Shown in pieces: positions 20,499 through 29,869 of a DNA stretch of 64,000 nucleotides. The notes under the pieces are model-generated. The model did no database searches. It worked only from the letters and a program-made list of their open reading frames with translations, and was not told the origin of the DNA. Source of the DNA: an uncultured Chloroflexia bacterium (GTDB taxonomy: Bacteria > Chloroflexota > Limnocylindria > Limnocylindrales > CSP1-4); contig OY970218.1 of assembly GCA_963713975.1 (NCBI GenBank), positions 2,336,001-2,400,000 of the forward strand, read 5' to 3'. Each line of letters begins with the position of its first letter. Position 1 is the stretch's first letter. Position numbers and translations under genes: made by a program.

Positions 20499-21461
20499 GT
20501 GCTGCCCCTCGTCGCCTCCCGTGCCGTCATCGAGCTGGCGTTCAGCCCCATCGTCGCGATCGGGGACTGGAACATCCGCCTCGAGATCATCGCCATTGCC
20601 GGCGTGGTCTTCATGGCACTCGTGGTGGCCGCTGTCGTCGCCCGGCGCACCCCGGTGGACATGGCGCGGCCCGCCGATGCGCCCGGAGCGAACCCGGGCG
20701 AGCGGAACCACCTTCGCGCCGACGACCTGTTCTACATCGCCGTGGCGGCCGTGCCCGGCGCCGTGGTCGGGGCCCGCATCGGCTACGTCCTCGTGCATCT
20801 CGACTACTACCAGGCGACCCGGGTGTCGGTCCTCGACCTGAGCCAAGGCGGGCTGGAGCTCGCGCTCGGTGTCGTCGGCGGGATCCTCAGCGCAGCGATC
20901 GTGGCGGCCATGCTGGATGCCCCGCTGGGTCGCTGGATGCACGCCGCGGCGGTCCCACTGCTGCTGGCGCTTGCGGGCGGCAAGGCGGCCATGATCCTGG
21001 GCGGCAGCGGTCAGGGCCAGCTCTCGGACGCCTCCTGGGCCACCGCCTACGTCTCACCGGGACCCTGGGGATCCCTCGCGCCGGCGCTGCCCGCCAACCC
21101 GTCGCAGGCCTACGAGTCGATCGCGACCGTCATCGTCCTCGTCGTCCTGATGTCGCTCGTCGTGCTGGGCGTGTTCCGCAGCCGCAACGGCGAGGCGCTT
21201 CTGGTAGGCGTCGCGGCGTGGGCCAGCGCGCGCGCGGTCGTGGCCACGACGTGGAGGGACCCGGTCGTGCTGGGGCCGCTGCGGGCAGACCAGGTCATCT
21301 CGATCTCGATCGCGGTCGGCGCCGTGCTGCTGCTCCTCCTCGTCCGGAGGACGGTCGCGGCCCGTGCGCGACGCGTGCCGGCGGGCGATGGTGACGGGAC
21401 GGCGGCGGACGCCGGCGGCGGACCGGACTGGCCGGATCCGGAGTCACGGCCGCTGATCTGA
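20499..21461 (+). CDS. Lgt-like paralog with degenerate active site
   Basis: VGARIGYVL, LSQGGL, PSQAYE and W...R.....RD align to Lgt, but the GRxGNFxNxE signature is replaced by GGKAAMILGG. Confidence 0.75.
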   Translation: MLPLVASRAVIELAFSPIVAIGDWNIRLEIIAIAGVVFMALVVAAVVARRTPVDMARPADAPGANPGERNHLRADDLFYIAVAAVPGAVVGARIGYVLVHLDYYQATRVSVLDLSQGGLELALGVVGGILSAAIVAAMLDAPLGRWMHAAAVPLLLALAGGKAAMILGGSGQGQLSDASWATAYVSPGPWGSLAPALPANPSQAYESIATVIVLVVLMSLVVLGVFRSRNGEALLVGVAAWASARAVVATTWRDPVVLGPLRADQVISISIAVGAVLLLLLVRRTVAARARRVPAGDGDGTAADAGGGPDWPDPESRPLI

Positions 21462-21476
21462 CGGCGCATTCCCGGG

Positions 21477-22694
21477 CTACAGGGCCGCCCACAGGACGCC
21501 AGTCAGCTCCTCGTCGGTGAGCACGACCGGGTTCGTGCGCATGGAGCTGCCGCGGGCGTCGGCGACGATCGCGGGGATGCCTGTCTCGTCGAGACCGAAG
21601 GCACGCAGCCCCGGGGTGCCCAGGGATGCCGTCCAGGTCCGCAGGGATCCCACCAGGGCCGCGCGGGCCCCGTCGGCCGGCGTCTGATGCGGGAGGCGCG
21701 CCAGCAGTCGTCCCAGCGTGGCGTACCTGCCGAGGGCCGGTGACGCGGGCGAGCGTGCCTCCAGGGCGGCCACGTTCGCTGCCGTGATCCCGGCCAGGGT
21801 CGCGCCGCAGGCGATGCCGTGGGGGATGGGCAGCTGTGCACCGAGCGGCGACGCGAGGCCATGGACCCCGCCGAGACCCGCGTGGGCAAGGCAGATCCCG
21901 GATAGCAGGGCCGCATACGCCATACGGGACCGCGCCGCGGGTGCGTCCGGGCCCTCGGGATCCGCGTGCCAGGCCAGCAGGCCATCGCGTGCCGCCTCCA
22001 GCCCCGCGAGGGCAAGGGCGTCCGTGATGGGCCCGGCGTTCGTGGAGACATACGCCTCCAGCAGCTGCGTGACGGCATCCATGCCGTTGGCGGCGATCCG
22101 CACCGGGTCTGCGCCGGCCAGCAGGTCCGGGTCCACGATCGCGTCGGCCGCCACCAGCCGCTCGTCGCGGAACGAGCGCTTGTAGCCCTGCGGTCCACGC
22201 TCGGTGATGACAGCGTTGCGCGTGGCCTCGCTGCCCGTGCCTGCCGTTGTCGGGACGGCAACCAGCGGGACGGGCATTCCCTCGTAGGCGCGATAGCCGG
22301 GCAGCCCTTCGAGGTGGTCGACGACGCTGGCACCGGAGCGGACCAGCCCGGCGATCGCCTTCGCGGCATCCAGGACGCTGCCACCGCCGACGCCGAGGAC
22401 CACATCGACGGCCGCCGTTCGGTTCGCACCGATCGCCGCATCGACCACGGCGGGGGAGGGCTCGTCCGTGATTGCCACCTCGCCCGCGACCGTGACCCCG
22501 GCCGCCGCCAGACCCGACAGGAGCGCTTCGCGCCGCCCCGAGGCCGCCAGGGACCTGCCGCCGGTCACCAGCAGCACGCGGGACCCGTGGCGCGCCACGA
22601 TCTCGGGGACGCGGGCGACTGACCCGCTCCCGAAGGTGATCCGCGGGATGCGCCCGAGGGCGAAGGAGGGGATGGACCCGTCCTCGCCGCTCAC
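21477..22694 (-). CDS. Iron-containing alcohol dehydrogenase
   Basis: GGGSVLDAAKA, PTTAGTGSEAT, GGVHGLA, IPHGIAC; GTG start overlapping the upstream stop. Confidence 0.92.
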   Translation of the reverse strand: MSGEDGSIPSFALGRIPRITFGSGSVARVPEIVARHGSRVLLVTGGRSLAASGRREALLSGLAAAGVTVAGEVAITDEPSPAVVDAAIGANRTAAVDVVLGVGGGSVLDAAKAIAGLVRSGASVVDHLEGLPGYRAYEGMPVPLVAVPTTAGTGSEATRNAVITERGPQGYKRSFRDERLVAADAIVDPDLLAGADPVRIAANGMDAVTQLLEAYVSTNAGPITDALALAGLEAARDGLLAWHADPEGPDAPAARSRMAYAALLSGICLAHAGLGGVHGLASPLGAQLPIPHGIACGATLAGITAANVAALEARSPASPALGRYATLGRLLARLPHQTPADGARAALVGSLRTWTASLGTPGLRAFGLDETGIPAIVADARGSSMRTNPVVLTDEELTGVLWAAL

Positions 22695-22996
22695 GACGCC
22701 GGTGTCTCCGGGCAGAGGCCCTCGTAGCGCACGCCGTGGCGGGGCTCGACGAACCAGTCGGCGACCGTGTCGCGCCAGGTTGCGTAGTGGGTCGTGGCCT
22801 TGTGGGCCTTCGCGGCGGCCTCGTCGACGTACCACTCGTACAGGACGAACCTGGTCGGGTCCTCCGCGGACCGCAGGACATCGAAGCGGAGGTTGCCCGG
22901 CTCGCGCACGGAGGCCTCGTGGTTGGCACGCGTCGCCGCGAACCACTCGTCGGCATCATCAGGCTTGACGTGGCAGTGGACGAGGGTCACGAACAT
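22691..22996 (-). CDS. ABM-family protein (LsrG-like)
   Basis: NHEASVREPGNLRFDVL, FVLYE.Y, AHK.T.HY..WRDTV. Confidence 0.85.
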   Translation of the reverse strand: MFVTLVHCHVKPDDADEWFAATRANHEASVREPGNLRFDVLRSAEDPTRFVLYEWYVDEAAAKAHKATTHYATWRDTVADWFVEPRHGVRYEGLCPETPAS

Positions 22997-23192
22997 CGGG
23001 AGGCTCCATCGGGTGGCGGCGGGTTGCGCACCGAATCTATGCCTTTCGACCGGCCGGCACCGACCACGGTGGGTCGGGTGGGCCCTCCGGCACGGCCACG
23101 CCGGGACGAGATCCCCCCGGACGGCACTGTCCGCGCCGGGACGCAGGTCCGAGGCTGGCGATCATCGGTGCACTCATCCCGGAGGACCGTCC

Positions 23193-23606
23193 ATGGCCCG
23201 TCAGTTCGTCGTCCAGCTCGACAACCACCCCGGAGAGCTCGCGCAGCTGTCGCGGTCCTTTGCGCAGCGCGGCGTCCAGATCCATCACGCGGCCTGTGCC
23301 GGGACGGGCCCGCTGCAGTGCATGTTCGTGACGTTCACCGATGACGATGCGGCGCGCTCCGTCCTGCGCGGTCTCGGCCACGAGTTCATCGAGGGCGAGC
23401 CGGTCATGGTCGAGATCCCCGACGAGCCGGGCAGTCTGGGCGTGGTCAGCCAGAAGCTCGCCGATGCCGGCGTGAACGTGACGGGGGTCATCCAGGCGGG
23501 CCGCAAGCCCGGCAAGCTCGAGATGGCGTTCTGCGTCGATGACGAGTGCAAGGCCCGCGAGGCGCTGGGCCTGCATGTCGAGGATTGCGTCGGCTGCACG
23601 GACTGA
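23193..23606 (+). CDS. Tandem ACT-domain protein
   Basis: LDNHPGELA and IPDEPGSLG ACT motifs; GGAGG RBS. Confidence 0.85.
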   Translation: MARQFVVQLDNHPGELAQLSRSFAQRGVQIHHAACAGTGPLQCMFVTFTDDDAARSVLRGLGHEFIEGEPVMVEIPDEPGSLGVVSQKLADAGVNVTGVIQAGRKPGKLEMAFCVDDECKAREALGLHVEDCVGCTD

Positions 23607-23711
23607 CGGGCGACTGACAGCCCTGCGGGTACAGCAGGGCCCGTACGTGGAACGGCGGCCCGCCCCCTGGGTCGAGCCGCCGTGGTGGGGCCGTCTGCCC
23701 TCGGTTGAGCG

Positions 23712-25106
23712 TCAGGATTTGCGGGCGTAGTCCGCGCGGCCACGCTTGATGAACTTGCCGTGTCCGGCGGGACCGGTCCACGCGCCATCACGGACCACGA
23801 TGGTGCCGCGGGACATCACCACGTCGGAGCCGCCCTTGACCTCCATGCCCTCGTAGCAGCTGTAGTCCACGTCCATGTGATGGGTCTTCGCCGACAACAC
23901 GTGGGCGCGGTCCGGGTCGTAGACCACGATGTCGGCATCGCTGCCGACCGCGATCGCGCCCTTCTGCGGGTACATCCCGAAGATCTTCGCGGGCGCCGTC
24001 GAGACCACCTCGACCCAGCGCTCCCTGGTCAGCTTCCCGTCGTTGACCGCCTGGTGCATCAGGTCAACCCGCTCCTCGACGCCGGGGAGGCCGTTGGGGA
24101 CCTTGCGGAAGTCGCCGCGTCCCATCTCCTTCTGGCCGTGGAAGTCGAACGGGCAGTGGTCCGTCCCGATGAGCTGGAGATCATCGCGCTTGAGCGCATT
24201 CCAGAGCTCCACGGCGTGGTCCTTGGTACGCAGGGGCGGCGAGCACACGAACTTGGCGCCCTCGAACCCGTTGCCGAGGTCGTCGAGCGTCAGGTACAGG
24301 TACTGCGGGCAGGTCTCCGCCCAGGCCATCGCGCCGCGGTTGCGCGCGGCCATCAGGGACTCGAGCGCCTCCTTCGCGGACATGTGCACGAAGTAGACGG
24401 GGACGCCCGCGACCTCGGCGAGCCGGATCATCCGGGTGGTCGCCTCGCCCTCGAGGCGCGAGTCGCGAGCGAGGCCGTGGCCGATGGGATCGGTCACGCC
24501 TGCGTCGATCTGCGCGGCCGCCAGGATGTCGATCACCGGGCCGTTCTCGGCATGCATCAGGATGAGGCCGCCGTTCTTCTTCGTCTGCTGCATCGCCCGG
24601 AAGATGTGGTCGTCCGGGGAGAGGAAGACGCCCGGATAGGCGGTGAACAGCTTGAAGTCCGGGACGCCCTCCTCGACCAGCTGGTCCATCTCGGCCAGGG
24701 TCGCGTCGTTGACGTCCGACATGATCATGTGGAAGCCATAGTCGAGGACGGCCTTGCCTGCGGCCTTCTCGTGCCAGACCTCAAGGCCCTCGTGGAGCGG
24801 CTGGCCCTTCGACTGGACGGCGAAGTCCACGATGGACGTCGTCCCACCGAACGCGGCCGCCCGGGTGCCCGTCTCGAAGGTGTCCTTCGCGAACGTGCCG
24901 CCGAAGGGCAGCTCCATGTGGGTGTGGGCGTCGATGCCGCCCGGGATCACGTACTTGCCCGTCGCATCGATCGTCTCGTCCGCGGTGACGCCGGCGGCGG
25001 CCAGGTCCACGCCGATCTGGGCAATCAGCTCGCCGTCGATGAGCACGTCGCCTGGGTACGAGCCGTCTGCCGTCACGATCAGGCCGTTGGTGATCAGGGT
25101 GCGCAT
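23712..25106 (-). CDS. hydA: Dihydropyrimidinase
   Basis: PGGIDAHTH, FKLF, HAENG, ETCPQYL, SPPLR, TDHCPF, PNGLPG. Confidence 0.95.
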   Translation of the reverse strand: MRTLITNGLIVTADGSYPGDVLIDGELIAQIGVDLAAAGVTADETIDATGKYVIPGGIDAHTHMELPFGGTFAKDTFETGTRAAAFGGTTSIVDFAVQSKGQPLHEGLEVWHEKAAGKAVLDYGFHMIMSDVNDATLAEMDQLVEEGVPDFKLFTAYPGVFLSPDDHIFRAMQQTKKNGGLILMHAENGPVIDILAAAQIDAGVTDPIGHGLARDSRLEGEATTRMIRLAEVAGVPVYFVHMSAKEALESLMAARNRGAMAWAETCPQYLYLTLDDLGNGFEGAKFVCSPPLRTKDHAVELWNALKRDDLQLIGTDHCPFDFHGQKEMGRGDFRKVPNGLPGVEERVDLMHQAVNDGKLTRERWVEVVSTAPAKIFGMYPQKGAIAVGSDADIVVYDPDRAHVLSAKTHHMDVDYSCYEGMEVKGGSDVVMSRGTIVVRDGAWTGPAGHGKFIKRGRADYARKS

Positions 25107-25272
25107 GAGTCCTCCTCGGGGTCGATTCCCGCCGGGCGCGCCGGCGCGGGGACGCTTGGCGTGCCTACATCGTAGCCACGTTGGGGTGGCCGGTGGGGCC
25201 GTGTTTGACGTGGCCTCCGGGGCCGGGCACCCTCAAGGGGCCAGGGCGGCCCGCCCAACCCAGGGAGGAGCG

Positions 25273-25687
25273 ATGGAACCGCCCCCGGCGGCCCAGGTTC
25301 CGGTCCGCTACCGCACTCGCGACCGGGTGGCGATCGCGATCCTCGTCACGGTGATCGCGCCATTCACGGCGCTGGCATGGCCGTTCGCGCTCATCACTGG
25401 GCTCGTCATCGGCCGCGCGCAGGTGGGCAGGCTGCAGGGCGAGACCCCTTCCATCGCCGAGCGGGCGATCCGTGTCCTTGCGGTGACCGGCGGCGTCGTG
25501 GGGATGATGGTGTTCGGCCTGATCCTCGGCGGCCTCGTCTCGTTCCTGATCGCGGCGCTGGCCCCATTGTCCGTGCAGCGGGCCGCCGGTGGGACACCGC
25601 GCCAGAAGGCAGGGGCCACGCTGTTGCTGGTGACGCTGCCGACGCTCGTCTGGCTCCTGGTGTTCTCCGGCCCCCCCGGTCCGCTGA
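25273..25687 (+). CDS. Hypothetical 4-TM membrane protein; probable +1 frameshift in the C7 run at 25671-25677
   Basis: GGAGGAG RBS; hydrophobic helices; deleting one C gives FSGPPVR* at 25685-87 and avoids a 100-bp convergent overlap. Confidence 0.6.
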
Positions 25688-25708
25688 CGCTGGTCCGCAG
25701 AGGCGGCT

Positions 25709-25918
25709 TCAGCCGAGCGGTAGCGCAACGGGGATTCCCACGGCGGCGGTCATCCCAAGCTGGACGAGCCAGGCGAACGTCGCTGCGCCCACCGCCGCTA
25801 TGGCGGCCGTGAAGGCGAGCGTGGCCATGGACTTCCGGCGCCGTTGCTCCCGGCGCGCTGCGGGACCGTCCGTCTCCCAGTAGGGATCGCGACGGGAGAA
25901 GTGAGAGCGAACGGACAA
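25709..25918 (-). CDS. 69-aa small membrane protein (TTG start): basic N-terminus followed by a hydrophobic helix
   Basis: GGAGGT RBS 6 nt before TTG; MSVRSHFSRRDPYWETDGPAARREQRRRKSMATLAFTAAIAAVGAATFAWL... Confidence 0.65.
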   Translation of the reverse strand: MSVRSHFSRRDPYWETDGPAARREQRRRKSMATLAFTAAIAAVGAATFAWLVQLGMTAAVGIPVALPLG

Positions 25919-26110
25919 GACGGCACCTCCAGCGCGACGAGTGTCCACCCTGCCGGCCCCGCGGCGCGAGGGGGACCTCCTTCCCCTGACCCCATACCGG
26001 ACCACCCCGGACCCAATCGCCGGGCAGCCGGCTCCGGTGATCCCCGGGGATGGCGGTGCGCCGGGGCACCGGTACCCGGCGGGCGGCCGACGCGTGGGCC
26101 CCCAGGGGGC

Positions 26111-27121
26111 TCAGTACACCGCGGGCGCCACGTCGCGCATGGCCGGGATGATCTCCCTGCCGTAGAGCTCCAGCTGCTCTTCTTCGTTCCCGTTCATCAG
26201 GTACAGGTTGAACTGGTTGACGCCCGCGTCGGCGAGGGCCCGCAGCCGCTCGATGTGCTGCGCCGGCGTTCCGACCAGGCAGAACCGGTCCACGATGTCG
26301 TCCGTCACGAACGAGGCGTTGGAGCTGCCGACCTCGGCGTGGTGGAGGTAGTCGTAACTCTCGCGATCGTGGATGTAAGCCGTGAGCTCTTCGGGCAGGT
26401 CCTCGCGGGGATACTTGTTGACCAGGTCCACCACGTGATTGCCGACGAGGGCAGGGAACCAGCGGGTGCGGTCGCGGCCATCGGCGAGGTCGCCCACGTG
26501 CGCCGGCGCCGCCGCCATGACCTGGACGTGGTCAGGATCGCGTCCCGCGGCCGCGGCCGATTCGCGCACCTGGGACACGAACCACCGGATCAGATCCGGG
26601 TCCCCGATCTGGAGCATCGCCCCGTCAGCGATCCGCCCGGTCAGCTTGAGCGCCACCGGGCCGTACCCGGCGATCCACACCGGGAGCGGGTGCCCGGGCG
26701 TCCAGGGCAGCTCCAGCATCGTGCCCTCGAACTCGATAGCGCGTCCCTCGACGAGTGCCCGGATGACGTGGACCGCCTGCTCCAGGTCCTTCATGGTCGT
26801 GGGGGCCTTGCCCAGCACGCGGCGCGCGGAATTGCCACGGCCGATGCCGAGGTCCATCCGTCCGCCCGAGAGTTCGTTGATGACCGTGAGGGCCGAGGCC
26901 GTGACCGTGGGCTCGCGGGTCGCCGGGTTGGTGACGCAGGTGCCCAGGCGCATCCGCTCGGTGGCCTGGGCCATGAGCGTGAGCAGGGGATATGGATCCC
27001 GCCACAGGACGTGGCTGTCGAACAGCCAGCCGTAGTCGAAACCCGCCGCCTCTGCCTGTCGGGTGAGGGCGATCGTCCGCTCGATCGAGTGCTCTGGCTT
27101 GATTGTGAACCCGAACTGCAT
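26111..27121 (-). CDS. LLM-class (probable F420-dependent) oxidoreductase, TIGR03842-like
   Basis: WLFDSHVLW, GTCVTNPATR, GIGRG.S, RWFPALVGNH, YDY.HH; pyrimidine cluster context. Confidence 0.88.
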   Translation of the reverse strand: MQFGFTIKPEHSIERTIALTRQAEAAGFDYGWLFDSHVLWRDPYPLLTLMAQATERMRLGTCVTNPATREPTVTASALTVINELSGGRMDLGIGRGNSARRVLGKAPTTMKDLEQAVHVIRALVEGRAIEFEGTMLELPWTPGHPLPVWIAGYGPVALKLTGRIADGAMLQIGDPDLIRWFVSQVRESAAAAGRDPDHVQVMAAAPAHVGDLADGRDRTRWFPALVGNHVVDLVNKYPREDLPEELTAYIHDRESYDYLHHAEVGSSNASFVTDDIVDRFCLVGTPAQHIERLRALADAGVNQFNLYLMNGNEEEQLELYGREIIPAMRDVAPAVY

Positions 27122-27242
27122 GTGGTCCTCCTGTGGGGGCCCGGGAGAATCAAGCGGCTCGGCTGCCCTCCTCCTTGGCAGCCGAGCCGCGCGGGATCAT
27201 ACCGGACGTCGCCGGTCCGGCAACCGTGCCGTTCGGCCCTGC

Positions 27243-28091
27243 CTACGGCCTGACGAGATCACCGTACTGGTCGGGGCGCCGGTCGCGGTAGAACTGCCAC
27301 GTCTGGCGGACCTCGTTGATGATGTCGAAGTCCATGTCGCGGATGATCAGCTCCTCGTCACGGGGGCTGCCCACCGCGCCCACGAACTGGCCACGCGGAT
27401 CCACGAAGTAGCTCTGGCCGTAGAAGTCGTCGGGGCCGATGTCGGACTCGATGCCGACGCGGTTGATCGTGCCGACGAAGTAGCCGTTCGCGAGGGCGTG
27501 GCTGACCTGCTCCACGCGCCACAGGTACTCGGACAGGCCGCGGCTGGTGGCCGAGGGGATCATCACGATCTCGGCGCCGTTGAGGCCAAGGGCGCGAGCA
27601 CCCTCCGGGAAGTGGCGGTCATAGCAGATGTAGACGCCGACCTTGCCGATCGCCGTCTCGAACACCGGGTAGCCCATGTTGCCGGGGCGGAAGTAGAACT
27701 TCTCCCAGAACCCCTGGACGTGCGGGATGTGCGTCTTGCGGTACTTGCCGAGGTAGCTGCCGTCCGCGTCGATCACGGCGGCCGTGTTGTAGTAGATCCC
27801 CGACGTGGAGTCCTCTTCGTACATCGGGACCACGAGGACCATGCCCGTCTGCTTGGCGAGGTCCTGCATCCGCTTTGTGGTGGGGCCGTCCGGGATCAGC
27901 TCCGTGTAGCTGTAGTACTGCTTCTCCTGCACCTGGCAGAAGTAGGGCCCGTAGAACAGCTCCTGGAACAGCATGACCTGGGCGCCCTGCTTGGCCGCCT
28001 CGTGGGCGTATCCCTCGTGCTTCTGGATCATCGACTCCTTGTCGCCGGTCCAGGTTGCCTGCAGGAGTGCGCCGCGGACGATACGGGGCAT
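27243..28091 (-). CDS. Beta-ureidopropionase (nitrilase superfamily)
   Basis: QELF.GPYFC, KYRK.HIP, FWEKFYF.PG, ICYDRHFPE catalytic triad. Confidence 0.92.
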   Translation of the reverse strand: MPRIVRGALLQATWTGDKESMIQKHEGYAHEAAKQGAQVMLFQELFYGPYFCQVQEKQYYSYTELIPDGPTTKRMQDLAKQTGMVLVVPMYEEDSTSGIYYNTAAVIDADGSYLGKYRKTHIPHVQGFWEKFYFRPGNMGYPVFETAIGKVGVYICYDRHFPEGARALGLNGAEIVMIPSATSRGLSEYLWRVEQVSHALANGYFVGTINRVGIESDIGPDDFYGQSYFVDPRGQFVGAVGSPRDEELIIRDMDFDIINEVRQTWQFYRDRRPDQYGDLVRP

Positions 28092-28243
28092 AGGTTCGAT
28101 CCTCCTCGAGCTAGTGCTCACTCGTGCCGCCCGCCCGGGCGGCGGCCACCCGCGACGTCGGCCGCGGCGGCGAATGGGCGGAGCATAACGCCGCCCGTCG
28201 AGGGGTATCCGGCCCCACCGGCACATGTGGGACAGGCCGGATG

Positions 28244-28465
28244 TCAGTGGCAGGCGCCCGACCCGGCGTCGGTGAATGACTGGCCAGTGACGGGGATGAA
28301 CCGCCAGTCGTAGCCGCCGGCCCGGAGGGTGAGCCTGAGCACGCCGTAGGTGCCCGTGTTCCGGACCTCGCTGTTGGCGCGGATGGTCGCGAATGGCCGT
28401 GGCGGTCCACCGGCGGTCCCGACCACGAACTCCCGGATCCCGTCCGGCAGCGGACGCGGTGCGAA
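28244..28465 (-). pseudogene. C-terminal remnant of a calcineurin-like metallophosphoesterase
   Basis: DGIREFVVGT.GG...NSEVRNTGTYGVLRLTL..GGYDWRFIPV.GQSFTDAGSGACH; no N-terminal catalytic motifs upstream. Confidence 0.75.
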
Positions 28466-28631
28466 GGTCCCAAAGTCGGGCGACGATTGGCCCTGTCGGC
28501 GGGGGGGCCTCGATTGTCGATTGTCCGCGGCATCAGCCGCGTCGTGCGACTTGGGGGGTCGCCGGGCGCAGTCGCGTCCAGGAGCGACGGGCCTCACCCT
28601 CATCAAGGTCGCGGCTCGTCTTGGAGGAGAC

Positions 28632-29852
28632 ATGAGGACGCACCGAGCGACCGCACTTGCCGTGGGGGTCATGCTATTGACGGCTTCGGCTCCCGTCGTT
28701 AGCGGCGCCACGCCGGACCTTCGCGCCGTGGCACCGCCTGGCATCGATCGGTCCGCACTCGCCAGAACTCCGAGCGGCCCGGTTGTGGCAACAGGCAGCG
28801 TGATCGACGCCACCGGCAAGCGCGCGGCGGGCGGCATGGTCGCGGCCGTTGCATGGCCGGCGTCCGAGGTGCTCGAGACAATGAAGGTCGGAGACAGTCT
28901 GACGACGCGAACCATCGGCTGGGCCGTAGTCAGAGCCGACGGTACCTGGACCCTGAAGGTCGACCCGTCGACGTTGACGGGGAGTTACGTCGCCCCAGAC
29001 GGCTCGCTCAACCTTGACTTTGTGGCCTGGGACGCGACGTCGACTGGGTGGTGGGCAGCGCCCGTGTTCCTCTCCCAGGACGACGTCGTGAACGCCCGTG
29101 GCAAGACCGCCTCATCCGCGCCGCCCGCGACGAAGGCAGCTGGCAATGTCGAAGTCGCCCTCACGGCTGCACTGGCCGAACCGCTGGCCGGCACAGCGAC
29201 GCAGTCGGTTCGCACCACCGAGACCTCAGCACCGGTCGTCGCCGCAGCGTGCGCGCCCGGCAGCCTTGTCTGGGACCTGCTCTCGACGCAGAACACGAAG
29301 GCCGCCATCGGCGCGACGTGGCCGTCGGGGACGGGCCAGACCGGCAACATGAAGACATCGACGGGACATGACACGTCGATTGGCGTTGGGTTCAGCGTCT
29401 CCGGAGCATCTGGCTCGTTCGGCCTCAACGGGATGACGACCATGAACGACTCGGTCGGCGCAGAGTGGAACTACTCGGGCAATTACCGGATCTACCGGGC
29501 CGGGGTGCAGTACGGCAAGTATGGTCACCGATGGTGCGGCGCGAGCTACTACGAATATCAAGCGCGCGCCATCGGGCCGACCGGGACCTTTGACTCCCTC
29601 GCCACGACCAACAAGCTGTTCACCCACTGCGACACGCAGGGCGCCGGAACATGGAGCCGCGAGACCAAGACCGGCACCAGCTACACCCTTACGACGGGTG
29701 TCGAGCTCTCCAGCCTCATCGGCGTCGACCTCAAGTCGTCATCGACGTGGACGACGACGCATACCCTCTACTACAAGTTCACTCAGACTGGCCACCTATG
29801 CGGGAGCGATGCGCTTCCGGCGACGGCGTCCCAGGTCAACGCCAAGAACTAG
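28632..29852 (+). CDS. Secreted 406-aa protein: N-terminal beta domain, linker, and Cys-paired Ser/Thr-rich C-terminal domain
   Basis: GGAGGAG RBS, signal peptide; atypical codon usage. Confidence 0.8.
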   Translation: MRTHRATALAVGVMLLTASAPVVSGATPDLRAVAPPGIDRSALARTPSGPVVATGSVIDATGKRAAGGMVAAVAWPASEVLETMKVGDSLTTRTIGWAVVRADGTWTLKVDPSTLTGSYVAPDGSLNLDFVAWDATSTGWWAAPVFLSQDDVVNARGKTASSAPPATKAAGNVEVALTAALAEPLAGTATQSVRTTETSAPVVAAACAPGSLVWDLLSTQNTKAAIGATWPSGTGQTGNMKTSTGHDTSIGVGFSVSGASGSFGLNGMTTMNDSVGAEWNYSGNYRIYRAGVQYGKYGHRWCGASYYEYQARAIGPTGTFDSLATTNKLFTHCDTQGAGTWSRETKTGTSYTLTTGVELSSLIGVDLKSSSTWTTTHTLYYKFTQTGHLCGSDALPATASQVNAKN

Positions 29853-29869
29853 GGAGCCTTGGAGGCATC

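Noticed and set aside
28090-28106. GGTTCGATCC resembling a tRNA T-loop
   Set aside because: No cloverleaf; it overlaps the AGGAGG RBS and spacer of the ureidopropionase on the minus strand
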